A DNA stretch of 64,000 bases from Basidiobolus meristosporus CBS 931.73 (taxonomy: Eukaryota > Fungi > Basidiobolomycota): the NCBI GenBank assembly GCA_002104905.1, contig MCFE01000133.1, positions 94,505 through 158,504 of the forward strand, read 5' to 3'. Position 1 is the stretch's first letter, and the number at the start of each line of letters is the position of its first letter. The translations under genes and the position numbers were made by a program. Under the pieces are notes generated by a model, which saw only the letters and a program-made list of their open reading frames with translations, was not told the DNA's origin and searched no databases. Below are positions 63,806 through 64,000 of this stretch, piece by piece.

Positions 63806-64000
63806 TTAGGGTTAGGGTTAGGGTTAGGGTTAGGGTTAGGTTAGGGTTAGGGTTAGGGTTAGGGTTAGGGTTAGGGTTAGGGTTAGGTTAGGGTTAGGGT
63901 TAGGGTTAGGGTTAGGGTTAGGGTTAGGGTTAGGGTTAGGGTTAGGGTTAGGGTTAGGGTTAGGGTTAGGGTTAGGGTTAGGGTTAGGGTTAGGGTTAGG
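63806..64000 (+). repeat. telomere (TTAGGG)n, ~32 repeats
   Basis: Pure TTAGGG tract to the window end, with one TTAGG variant near 63885. Confidence 0.99.

Noticed and set aside
63880-63890. Single TTAGG variant in the telomere
   Set aside because: Cannot be told apart from a G-run sequencing error.

Overview
Terminal 64 kb of a fungal chromosome arm, ending in a (TTAGGG)n telomere at the right edge. SIP5, a SERCA-type pump and short GT-AG introns with CTAAC branch sites indicate a fungus; a non-ascomycete or early-diverging lineage is likely but cannot be proven here. There are four zones. (1) 1-26.9 kb is an almost CpG-free stack of nested retrotransposon relics: one Ty1/copia family with ~349-bp LTRs and a half-tRNA-iMet PBS, a CACTA-like transposase relic, and a younger 7.85-kb Ty3/gypsy element with an extra 3' ORF. 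(2) 26.9-53.3 kb is a CpG-rich gene island: MTR4, SIP5-like, formate/nitrite channel, SERCA Ca2+-ATPase, triple-HMG-box protein, SAM+SNF2 (ARIP4/ATRX-like) helicase with a frameshift at DEGH, and a secreted periplasmic-binding-protein-like (CBA1-like) gene. (3) 53.3-60.6 kb is a second copia block. (4) 60.6-64 kb is the most interesting part: two head-to-tail modules, each bracketed by telomeric repeats. Read on the minus strand, both have the layout 5' tandem array - (CCCA)n motif - body - AATAAAG - (CCCTAA)2 3'. The inner module carries an intact, CpG-free 242-aa ORF1/gag-like gene. This resembles telomere-attached, RT-less retroelements (HeT-A or Athena/Coprina style) stacked on fossil chromosome ends. 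All identities and counts were estimated by eye; no database searches were run.
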